In this document: in pieces, positions 49,489-62,584 of the stretch
Position numbering within the stretch: position 1 is the first letter of the stretch
How the letters are laid out: the number at the start of each line of letters is the position of its first letter
DNA from: Octopus vulgaris
Lineage: Eukaryota
DNA: 64,000 bases
Assembly: GCA_951406725.2 (NCBI GenBank)
Contig: OX597818.1
Location: forward strand, 146,940,001 to 147,004,000
Direction: 5' to 3'
Notes under the pieces: generated by a model
What the model was told of the DNA's origin: nothing
The model's input: the letters and a program-made list of their open reading frames with translations, nothing else
The model's database searches: none
Translations under genes and position numbers: made by a program

Positions 49489-52400
49489 CTCTAGTTCTGG
49501 AAGCATTATTTCGAAGAACATTTAGGAAACTTGAAATTTGAAACCAGAATTGGTGTATTTTTTAATATTTTTTTTTATGTTGAAGAAACCACTGCATTAT
49601 TCTTTTAAGTGGTGATGTCATATTCTATTTGTTTTATTGTAATTTTTCCAATAAAGGAATGGTTATCAATGAAGTAAGTTGAATTGTGTTTTTCTAAATA
49701 TATCAGTGCCTCTGAGCTCTTGAACTATTAATTAACTGGGATGTTCTAAGAAAGAACAAAAAAATATCCATTTATAATCTTGGTAGAGATGTTGAAATAT
49801 TTTAATGGCCTACTTTCTCAAAAATATTAAGAGAAAGATTTGGAGAGAGTGGACTTTTTGTTCTAAGGCAACCATTTCTTTGCTTGCTTGGCTCTGCTTA
49901 AAATGTGACATCACTTTGAAAATTTTTAAATGGAACGTGTGGTGGTCAGTATATTTGTACTGTATTTCTACTTCCACTTAGGTTTTTAGTTGGACTGCAG
50001 TCTGAATCAAGAGAACACTCACTCACTCACTCACTCACTCACCCACCCACCCACTCACTCACCCACTCACTCACTCACTCACTCACTCACTCACTCACTC
50101 ACTCACTCACTCACTCACTCACTCACTCACTCTTTATATAATGATACTGTTACATTTATTTAACAGCATCGTTATTAGACAAACAAATGGTGGGAATATG
50201 GTTGCTTTACATACTAAAAATAGTAGCCAAATGTTCCTAAAACCCTTTCCACCTTAAAAAAAAATGAAACACATTGGATGACATAGACTTATAAATGACT
50301 AAGGTAATCATAGTTGTAATTAGTTTGATCATAGAACTGATTTGGAGCCAAGCAGCAACAACACTCTAAATTGGAACTAAGTTAGGTGATGAATTAGAAG
50401 GGACATTAGAGTGTTGGACAAAATGCTCAACAGTATTCATTCCAGCACCTTGCATTTTGAATTGAAATCCCACTGAAACTAACTCTGCCTTTCGTCTTTC
50501 TGGAGCTGGTAAAGTACGAGTCTAGGATGGTGGTGAGCTAGTGGAATCCTTAGAGCATCAAACAGGATGTTGTACAGTATTTATTCCTGCTCTTGGCTTA
50601 TATGTGTGTGTGTGTGTGTTTAAGCTCTTAGCTACAGACACACCACCTGCTGATTTTTTACGGAAGTATGAGACATCAAAATTATAGAGTAAAGGAAATT
50701 GTATGCTGCAATATTTATGCCTTTCTGAAGAGCTTTGACAATATACATGAAATAACCATAACAAGGAATCAAAACTGTATTGCAGATTCATCTCTGTTCA
50801 TGCTTCCCTTCAATTTACAGCACAAATTTATTGATTCTACCAGTGTACTCTGCATGACCTGTTTAAGTGATAAACTTAATTCATCATCTAGTTTTACCCA
50901 CTACTTGGTCCTTTAGTAAGGATCATTCTGTAGTAAAGCGTTCAAACCAGGCCTTTAATTTTAGGACCCCTTTCTCCCTTTTCCCATCAGTTTTAGAGGC
51001 TCTGTAAAAGTTTATGGACATTACCTTTCTCTCCTTACTAACCAATAAATATTTTTTAAAAGAAATTGGTCAATAGGTTCCTTGAGTTAGCAAACTACCA
51101 CACTCTATAATTGATGACTGATTTTTAGCTTTCATCATTGTGTTCAAATTCTGCCATGAACATGAAACATGGTGGGATGTGGTCTTCACCAGAGTCACTT
51201 TTACAAAGTACACTATGTATTGACACAGTCTTCTAATCTTCTAAATGGTAGCTCATCACCTACTGCGATGTTAATTGTTTTTCTCGTTTTCGTTCCGTGA
51301 CACTCATTTTATGTAAATGCCGTTTATATTAGAGAGATCATGTGTAATTAGATATCTTTTTTTCATTGCAGGAAAGATTACTGAATGTTGTTGATGCAAT
51401 GTTTGAAAGAAAGGTAATTATCTTATACTTGCAATAGTCTAAGAAATGTGTTTCTGATTGATTCAATATTTTATCGTTTAATCTCAGTTCACTAATTACA
51501 CAGGTCTATTGTCAGAGTTGTACCAGTTGCGAACAACCACGCTATTTCTTTTTTTAATCTTTTTCAAAGTAATACATCTAAGATTACATTATTGAATGTG
51601 TAATCCCTTTTAGGATGAGACTGTGGATGGAGGGAGGTGTTGGCTGCTGTTCCCAGCAGGTTGAGCAGTACTGAGCTACCTCATTGTCTCATGTTAGATT
51701 GAATTGGTTAACATTTTTTTTTATAGATTTTAACAGATATAAAAAAATGTTTACACTAGAAGATCTTATTATTAAAGGAAAGCTTTGGTGTAATCAGTTT
51801 ATATTGTTTGAAGTATTGCAACAAATGAATCAAAAGATCCAATATTTATAAATAATACAGCATAGGGCATAGGTATGACTGGTTGTATGGCAAGAAGTTT
51901 GCTTCCCTACCATGTGGTTTCAGGCTCTCTCCCACTGCATAGCCACTTGAGCAATTGTCTTCTATTAAACAATGACGATGATGATGTCACACTTGCAATC
52001 AGAGCTCTCACAAGCTCAAGCCAGAGCGAAACCATCTGATCCTCCTTCAGATCCAAAGGATAAGAGAGCAAACAACACCCAAGAACGCTACACTGGGTAC
52101 AATCTATATAATGTGAAGTCAATGATGGAGCTTCTGTGTGATTACTTGATCTGCTAGAACTAGCAGCAAAATCTCCTTCATAGCAAACCCTACAGGATAA
52201 TGTTGTCCAGAGTGCACTAAAATAAAGTATCAATCAAGGACAGTGGATTGATAAAATTGAGAGAACATCAGAAAAGATAGCTTGTGGTATTTGTTCTAGT
52301 TCTTTGTATTCTGAGTTCTTAAGTGGTGGAATTAATGCATCACCTGGTTTACCACCATCACCTGACCCCTGGATGTCTACAACAAAGTTCACTGTAGTGG

Positions 52401-53127
52401 AAACAATCAAGATCAGATTTCAACTTGAGGATAATTTTCTCCTGTCCTCCTCCCAGTTTCAGAGTCTCTTAAAAGTTAAGGGCTATGGGCTCTGCTCTTA
52501 CTTCTCTAACTAAATTTAAATGGTAAAACAATATACCTGAAAAAAAGATGAAATTATCATTGCTGGCGTTTCTGCTTGGTTATATAAAGCTCAAAAAGTA
52601 AAGTTGATTTTAGAGAGTTGGGGTGGGGGTTTCAAAGTATAAAAGGACAAAAAAACATACTATGAGGTTGTGGAGTGAAGAAAGACACCTCATAAGCACA
52701 TGGGTCTGGGTTTGATCCTATTGCATGGTAAACATACTATGAGGTATGGTTGTGGAGTGAAGAAAGACACCTCATAAGCACATGGCTCTGGGTTTGATCC
52801 TATTGCATGGTGCTTCGGGCAAGTTTCTTCTCCCAAAGCCTTCGGCTGACCAATGCCTTGAGTAGATTAATATCCTTTGTTACTACTCACAAGGCTTGCA
52901 TGTCTTTCTCCACCCAAAACGCTTGCTTGTTTGTTCACTCCTCTGACTGCATATCAGGCTGGCTTCTTTCTCCTTCCTTTTCCATCTCATTTTAATCATT
53001 TATAATCATTCAGCTCTCAGCTTTCATTTGTAGGTAGAATCCAGTTATATGGCTTTATCCTTTTCGGCACCCAGTAGTCCTAAGCAAATTCTAGAAACCA
53101 AAACTTTCATAAATTGTATGACTATCT

Positions 53128-53158
<31 letters not shown>

Positions 53159-56100
53159 TTATTTGTTCTGATCTTGTTGGATGGCAAGATTGGCAAAATA
53201 AAAGAACATGTAAAATGATATAGGGCATTTAGGTATATGAAATTTATATTCAAATTCTGAGTTCAAACCTTGCTAGGGTTGATTTTGATTTTCATCTATC
53301 TAGGGTGTCAATAAAATACCAGTAATTGACTGTGAGATAATTCAATTAACTATATGATTTCTTCAACACATTTATGACTTTTTCTCCAATGTTAAAAACC
53401 TTCACTATTCTTCAGTTTATCTAAGGTTTTTCACTGTGTACTCCCTGATGACCATAAACTTTTGTAATGGGAAGGAAGAGGAAGGACAAACAAGCCAGCT
53501 TGATGATTTGAGATACAAGCAAGCCATATAAGTGGAAACAGACAAGTGATTGAACATATTGATCCACTCAAGGCATTAACCTGCTCAGAGCTCTGTAGAA
53601 GAAACTTGCCTGGGGCACCATGCAATAGGATCAAACACAGACCCATATATGGTTGCAAAGTGAACTTCTTCACCACAAAACCATGCCTCTTAATATGCAT
53701 TTTTGTCTTTCACTGTGCTCATATTGGTGAACTTCATAGTAGGACAGCAGTCCTCAAGTGTTGCTATGAGACTTAAATGGGGTTTAGCTTCATCCAAAGC
53801 CTACATATTATATTGGTTGTTGTTACTTAGTTGCAAATGGGCCCTAATCAAGCAGAAACTCCAGCAATGATAAGGGGATTCAGTTGACACAAAGCAATGC
53901 CTTTCATAATTAATTTCATGTCTATATTCTATATTCTCACTCAGTTAAATGTAAGCAGATAATTTCCATAGTTCCTAATTAGTATTGTTGTTGTTGTAGG
54001 TAGAACAAGGAGAGAAAGTGATTCATCAAGGCGATGATGGGGACAACTTCTATGTGATTGACAGGTTTGTATAAAGTACTCTCATCACTTGCTTTCTAAT
54101 AAACATCTGAATAGTTGCTGTATAGTGTGTGTGTGTGTGTGTGAGACCATGTGTTTCTTTTTTAATTATAACAACACTGTGCATAGTTTATTCCACTCTC
54201 ACACACTTCATGTTGTGAGTCAAAAAGAATTTTTAATTCATTGTAATAAAAAAAAAGTTATTAAACAATTTCTGTAAAAGGAAGCAAGGGAGGATACTCA
54301 GACATTTAAATTAAAAGCTAAATGAATAATTCCACAAGGAGTCAGATGTTTGTTAGTTGTGGTGACAACTATGGACATGTTTCGGTTTTATTAGAAACTC
54401 ATCATTAAAGTATTGTCTAGTATTATACATCACAGCTTTTTATTTGACCCCCACCCTACCCAACCCCAGAAGACATGTGCCAAAGTGATCACTAGGAGAG
54501 GAGAAATTCAGCATTTTCAGATAGAGTTCTTCATCAGCCAAGTAGAAGGTCTACAACCAAACAATCAGGTCCTTCCTTTCCTCTTCACGACATGCTTAAT
54601 CCAATTTGTCTGGGGATTTTTATACAAAGATTCTGCTATTTTCTTCAATGTAGCAATTACATGTTCATCACCAGCTTTTGTTTTATTTTTTAACTGTTAG
54701 TTTGAATGCTAGAGGCAAGGCCAAAATGTTAAGAAGTTCACTTTGTAGTCATAAGGTACCAAGTTCAATCTCATTCTATGGCATCTTGTCAAATGTTTTG
54801 AGTCAACTCAAGTCTTGTGAATGAAACTGGGGAGATGGAAACTGTTTGAAAGCCTTCAGATAGATTGTACATGTAATTTAAGGGACCACCCTATTAGTAC
54901 ACTATATCACACTGATGTTAATGATCCATGTGGGTGCGAAATACTCACATGTTAATTCAAAGAGCAGACCATTCAATTGATGGAAAAACTGGAACATTCA
55001 TAATAAAAACCCAGTGGAATGCCTCTAGCCATCAAACTAATTGTTTATATATTTGCTACATTAACACAGAACATTACTTGGAGCTGCAATCACTGCAAGT
55101 GTTAAAAATCACTTGTTATAGACTCTGCAGAATCTAAGGAAAATAATGATGGTCTGCATCAACAAATGATTTAATAAGTATGGAATAAGAGGAAAGGAAG
55201 GACCTGATTGTTTTGATGTAGACCTTCTACTTGGCTGTTGAAAGATTCTATCTGAAATGCTGAATTTCTCCTCTTCTGGTGATAACTTTGGCACACGTCT
55301 TCTGGGGGTGGCCGCGGGTCAAACAAAAAGCTGTGATGTTTATAACTTTCCTGTGGACATAAACCAGAATAATTAAAGTGGGTTAGAAACAACTTTGTTC
55401 TGAAGCTGCATACTGGAACGAGAATTTCTCTACCTAATCATTAATGCTAAATATTTGTGTTGCCAATGTGGAAAAGTAAACAAACCAAGCAGGCCAATAG
55501 TTTAGTACAGAAATAAGCACCTAGATTTATTCCCTCTAGGTACCACATCTGATATCCCATTTTAAACTGTTCACATTTTTAGGGACCAAATCTGACATCC
55601 TGTTTTTAACTATTCACCTTTGAAGGGTGAACAGATAAAAATGTTCACTCTTCAAGCATGAACATTTCAGCCATTCACCCTTTAAGGTACCAAATCTGAC
55701 ATCCCATTTTTAACCATTTACCCTTGACGGGTGAACAGATAAATGTGTTTGCCCTTCAAAGGTGAATATTTCAACCATTCATCTTTCAAGGTATCACATC
55801 TGACATTTCATTTTAAAGGGACATTTTTCTTTATAACTTCTTTTAATAAAAAAAAAACAATTGAGTGTTTATAAAATTTATTTGCAGTGGACAGTATGAT
55901 GTTTATGTCGAAGTAGATGGACGTCATAAAAAAGTTGGAGAATATGATGGACAAGGCTTTTTTGGAGAATTAGCTCTTATGTACAATGTCCCACGAGCAG
56001 CGACTGTGGTCTGCTCTGCACCAGGCTCTGTATGGGCTTTAGTAAGTTGATTTTATTTGTTATTACACTGGTGCTTTTTTCCTTTTATTCATTTTAAAGT

Positions 56101-56579
56101 ATTGCATTTAATAATTTTTTTACACATACTAATAGGAAGGGAATATATTTGCATGAACTTTGAACCACTGATTTTCATATGTATATGTTATCTGTTGTGG
56201 AGGCACAATGGCCCAGTGGTTAGGGCAGCAGACTCGCGGTCAGAGGATCATGGTTTCAATTCACAGACTGGGTGTTGTGTGTGTGTATTGAGCAAAAACA
56301 CCTAAAAAAGCTCCACGAGGCTCTGGCAGGGGGTGGTGGCGACCCCTGTTGTACTCTTTTGCCACAACTTTCTCTCACTCTCTCTTCCTGTTTCTTGAGT
56401 AATGCTGTGATCAACTGGCGTCCCGTCCAGATGTGGGGGGGGGAACACATACATCACAGAAACCGGGAAACCGAGCCCATGAGCCTGGCTAGGCTTGAAA
56501 AGCGTGACGTTTATCGTTTTATGTTATCTGTTACTTGTTTCAGTCGTTAAACCATGGCCAATATATTGAACAATTTATT

Positions 56580-56628
<49 letters not shown>

Positions 56629-59600
56629 GCACACAACATAAAAAGCACTCAGTCCACTCTGTGGAGTGGTTGGTGTTAGGAATGTTAACCAGCCATAAAA
56701 TTACCTGCCAAAACAGACACAGTAGCCTGGGGTAGTCTTCTACCTGGTCAGCTCCAGTCAAATCATCCAACCCATGCCTGCCTAGAAGACTGACATTAAA
56801 TGATGACGATACACAACAGGTTTCTTTCAGTTTGCACCTACCAAATCCATTCACAGGGCTATGGTCAGCCTGGGACATTTGCCTGTGGTGCCATATGGTG
56901 GGACTGAATCCAGAACCATGTGGTTGTGAAGCAAGCTTCTTACCACACAGCCACACTGCACCTATGTGTATATACTATATTATCTAATTGCAAACGGAAT
57001 TAAAGAATTGCAAGATAGGTTCTTCAAGCTGATCCAACTGGCAAGAAACCCAAGCATAGTCCAAGAACAAGATGGTTGGATAATATCCATAGTTTCAGTT
57101 GGTCATGCTTGGGAACCCAGCCAGAAAATCTAATGAAGGTTGGTTTTGATAAGACCCTATGGCAGAAGTACCTGAGGACTATCTCTCAACAATCCTCCCA
57201 GGACCAGTGGGCAGAGAAGATAGATGGAAGGAAAGAAGACAGGAAGAACCAGTAAAAAAAAAACTAAAATTCCTCTACTACTGAATATATGGGAGAAAAA
57301 AAGCATAAACACTATGTGTGAGAGAGAGAGAGAGAGAGAGAGTCAGTGCCATCTTAAGGCTTGAGTGCACTGCAAAGTTGCTTGAGGGGGGGAAGCCTCA
57401 CAGTCTACAGCTTATTGTTAATCTATGTATGTTGCCGCTTGTTGACAGTAAATAAATATAGGAGCTCCATAGTATCGCTTTACTCAGGGCAACAATACTG
57501 CTAAGATGGCCCTTTTCTTTATGCATGTATGTGTGTATCTGTCTGTCTATCTTGTGTACAAATCTTAAACCTGTATGGACCCTTAAATGTGTTATGTAAC
57601 AGAAGCCATGCTGTGATATTAGTGTTCCCCCATATTATTACTGGCTAATGAGAAATTGACTCCAGCTAGATAGAGAGATTGCTGTCATTTCACAACATTC
57701 AACACACATATACTGAGTATTTTAACCTTTTCCTGCCAATACTTTTAATGAAAAACATTGTCAACTTGTTTCAATTAATTTTTAACATAATTAAGAATTT
57801 GGAGGAATTTAATGACAACTTTTTCAGTGTTAAATTAGTGTTGTTTAAGCCATAATTCAACACATGCAAATTCCATAAAATTACAATAGAAGGTTTATAC
57901 TTTATGATTTTCATTTGCTTCAGTCAGTTGACTGTGGCCATGCTGGAGCACTGCCTTGAAGAATTTTAGTCAAATGAATCAACCCTAGGATTCTTTTGCT
58001 GAATCGCTAAGTTACAAGAATGCAAACAAACCAACATTGGTTGTCAAGTGGCAGTGGGGACAAACACACTCATACACACAAATATATATGTATATATAAC
58101 AGGCTTCTTTCAGTTTCCATCTACCAAATCCACCCACAAGGTCAGCCTGTGGCTATAGTAGAAGACATTTGCCCAAAGTGCCACGCAGTGGGACTGAACC
58201 CAGAACTCAGGAACCATGTGTTTGGGAAGCAAGCTTCTTACCACACAGCCACCCCTATACTTAAACATAAACTTTTTAGAACAGGGTGGTTTTTGTTCCA
58301 TATGACTAGTGGTGTTCTTGGATGAATTAGTTATCCTGCTAACTAACATTTCATCAAAGCTTCTTTGGTTTCAGATTTTATTTATTAATTAGATTGTTTA
58401 AAAGTTCTACAACTTTCCATAATATGGTGTCTTCTTTACTAGATTTTATTCAATTACTAACAACAGCATTTGTAATTCTAAGTGAGCATATATCACTTTA
58501 AACATAAAACTGGGCCACTTCAAAGTGAATATGCAAATAATGTCCTGACTCTGAAAATGTTCAGCTAAATGGTGGTAAAATGTGAACAAACTGCAACTTT
58601 ATACATGAGCATGAAATTCTGTCATCAGTTTGAGTTTCATGTAAGCAACAGATACACTCTCTTTGAAATGTGCTATTTCTAACAGGTCAAACAACCATAT
58701 AGATGCTTTCTGTTTCATTTGTAGTTTAGCTATTTAAGTTTTGCCTAACCTTTTGTGATTATTTGTTGATTTTATTTATTTATAATTTTTTTTTCCAGGA
58801 CAGAGTTACCTTTCGAAGAATTGTATTAAAGGATGCTTTTAATCGAAGGAAAATGTACACTGACTTGATTGAGAGTGTCCCCTTGTTCTCCTGCCTTGAT
58901 GTAAGAAATGGCTTTGTTATTTTTTTAAACTTTATATATTATGAATATTCCAGTTATATCATGGGTCTTTCTGTCATATTGTGCATATGTATTCCTATCA
59001 TATCACATGTATCTGTTATACATATGTACCCATGTCATGTCATATCGCACATATCCCTGTCATACTACATATATCCTAGTTGTATTGTGTGTATCCAGGT
59101 CACATCTTGTATATTCCAGTCATACTGTGTGTATCACAGTTATACTTTATGTATCCCAATTATATCATGTGTACCCTGTTCACACTGCATGTATTCTTAT
59201 GATACCAAGCATATTCCGATCATACCATGGGTATCCTAGTGAAACTCTGTGTATCTCAGCCATACAATCTGTAACCTAGCCAAAGCTTTATGTATCCTAG
59301 TCACATTTTGTATATCCTTATTACACCATATGTATCTCAGTCATATCATTGTATATCCAAGTCATATCATAAATGTCCAGTAATACTGTGTGTATTCTAG
59401 TAATACTCCGTGTATCCTGGTTCCACTGTATACCTTAATCATATCATATGTATCTCAGTCATACTGCATGTAGCTCTGTGTGTAGCCCAGTGATAGCATG
59501 CTTATCCCAATGATATCATGTGTATCCCAGTCACATGATATGTACCTTGATCAAACCTCATTGCTCAGCCATACTATATGTATTCCCATCATTTTGCATG

Positions 59601-62547
59601 TATCACAGTCATACTAAGTGTAACCTTGTTTTACAGTTGCTTTTCCATGTTGTAAGAGGTGACTAAAGTAATGACCGGAAGGGCGTACAGTGACGACGTA
59701 CTGCCTCACGAAACCCATCCAGCCTATGTCAACATAGAAAAGATGTCAAATCAATCATTATCATCACTATTAATGTACTCTTCAAATTCTTATATGACTT
59801 TGTTGTATCTATTATTATTGTTCAGCCCCGGGTCATCATCTCCGACTGACAAGACTTGTGACCAAAGGCATTTAAGGAACCACATTGCACAGTTTAGCCT
59901 TTTTCTTTTTATTTTGCTTTGTTTTTATTTTGTTTTTGTTTTTTACGATTTTAGATTGGTAGGGAATACAGCTCCTATTTCTAGTAGTTCAAGTGACTGT
60001 TATAGGTAATCTTGTTGGCTTTGACATGTCTGTTGTTGTTTTTGTTGTTGTTGTTGAACCCCAGGTCATGTAAGTATATCTTTTCAGCAATGTATATTAA
60101 TAAGAAAAATCCAACAACCTGTACTTTTTAACGAAATCTCTTGCAAATTCATTTTGTATCGTGTGGCACAGACAATCCCTTGTCATTCTTGCCATGGATT
60201 GGCCCACTACAAAGCTATAACCAACAATACAGTTGCTTACCAATTATAATAATTGTGAGATAAAAAAAACCTAACAGATTGTATGGGGTAGCACTGAAGG
60301 CTGTTTTTTTTTTTACTGGCTGGACATCTGTGATTAAGGAGACCTATGGTCAAAGCAGTGGTATAGCATTGGTTTTTCTCCACCCTGAGTAACAGTTAAA
60401 TAGGCTACCTGCTACCTTAAACATATCTCTTCGATTGCAGCAAACACATGTATAAGAAATGGCTGTCCTGTGTGTTTTGCACATCACTTATGCTATCATT
60501 GGTGACTTCATTGCTCTGTCAAACTCACTATCAAACTTTAATCCTTTAGCCTTTAAACCAGCCATACCCGGACACAATATTCTAACTGTTTTATTTTCAA
60601 ATTAACCAGATCTGACCTCTCACACTTACCTTACAATATCATTCTAAAAATAAACAATCACATCTTTGAACTTTCATAGCTATGAGATAAAGCATGATTA
60701 ACTGAAAACAATGTGAATGAATAAGCATTACATTTGAGAGAGAAGCAATCTGAATGCTAAAGGCTTAAACCGAACCTGCTACATTTCAATATGGAACAAT
60801 TATTGTGACGCTTTACAAATAACAGTAACCTTAATGCTACAGAGTTAATGCACGAATGTGTCTCTCCTCAACCTGTCCATTTCGCTCTTTCTGGCTCTAC
60901 CTGTCTGAGTCCCTACCTGTTGTTTGCTACCTGTTTTATAAGCTGTGATTACTTTAATCCTTTAGTATTTAGACCAGTCATATTCAGCCAAAATATTCTG
61001 TTTTATGTTCAAATCAACCAGATCTAGCTTCTCACACCTACCTTACAATATCATTCTAAAGATCATTGAAATCTCATAGCTATGAGATAATTCATGATTA
61101 ATTCAAAACAATGTGACTAAATAAACATTACTTTCCACAGAGTAATCTTGGATGCTAAAGGGTTAACTCAACAGAATAAATACATTACTAAACATCACTT
61201 AGTGATTTTTATCTGCAAAGTCATTGCATCTTATTAACAATGATGAAAGAAATTGAAAGGTAAAAAAATCCTGGGGAATTTTTAGAAACCTTGAAAAAGG
61301 AACAATTGAGAATTGAGGTTATAATTAAACAGCATGTTGCCATTGTAGAAATGTAAAGATGTAAAAAAAAAAGAAATGTAAAGATGTGCTGAGAGAATTC
61401 AATGCATCATCAATGAATATCAAAATCATGAAATATTGGATTAAGAAACATTGTTAATAATTTTTATTTTTAGAATGTCTCTTCTTTTCTTCAACTTAAA
61501 GCAATGTTGCCTTTATATGTTTTAGTCTTTTTTGTGGTTGTGTGATAAGAAGTTTGCTTCCAAACCACAAGGTTCTGGGTTCAGTCCCACTGTGTGACAC
61601 CTTGAGCATGGGTCTTCTAATATTGCTCCAGGCTGCCCAAAATCTTGTAAGTGGATATGGTCGATGGAAACTCAAAAAAAAAGGGCCTGCCATATAAGTG
61701 TGTATGTGTGTGTGCTCACCCTGACTTTGTGAGTGTCACTGTCATACAAGCAATGTCCTTCATTTCCAATCCTCTGAAAACATGTTTAACTATGGGAAAA
61801 TATTATCTTACTTAGCAACAGGTGAGGGTTGGGGACAGGAAGGGCACCTGGCCATAGAAAATCTACCACAGTGGATGTAAAAACAATGATGTTTAAAAAT
61901 AACTCATTTGTTTTGACTTTGAATTTCTTTTTTTTTTTTACTGAAATGTAATTTATTTAATGTGTAAATAAAATCTTTAATATTTAGTGATGTATCTATT
62001 TGGCAAATAAAAAGCTTGACAAATAAACAAACGCAGTTATGATGATTAATTTACCAATGATAGTAATCCATTATCGTTTCACATCTGATTTTCTATACTA
62101 GCATTGGTTGGACAGGTTGGTCACAATTCCTGAATGCCATTCCTGTCATCATATACATTGACTTACAATGTAATTAACTACATTGCAATAAAATTACCAG
62201 GTGATGACAATACAGAGAATATATTTCTCATGATGTAATTATAAGCAATGAATTGGCAGTGATGACTTCACTAGACACCAATTATGGCTCTTGAATATAT
62301 GAGTTCAAATTCAACAGATTGATTTTACCTTTCATCCTCCCATCAGTTAAATGACGTCAATATGATCAACTAGATTCCTTCTCCTGGATGAATAGCATTT
62401 TATCTGCATTCATCATGTGTTATACTTTATCAAAGCCTTGGCAGTCACATTCTTCTTCTGTGATGTTGGAAGTAGTTGTCTTGTAGAAAGACACTGTGAC
62501 TGCCCCACTCTGCCAAATCCTTTTTGTTGTGCAGCTCTGCAGAGTCT

Positions 62548-62584
<37 letters not shown>

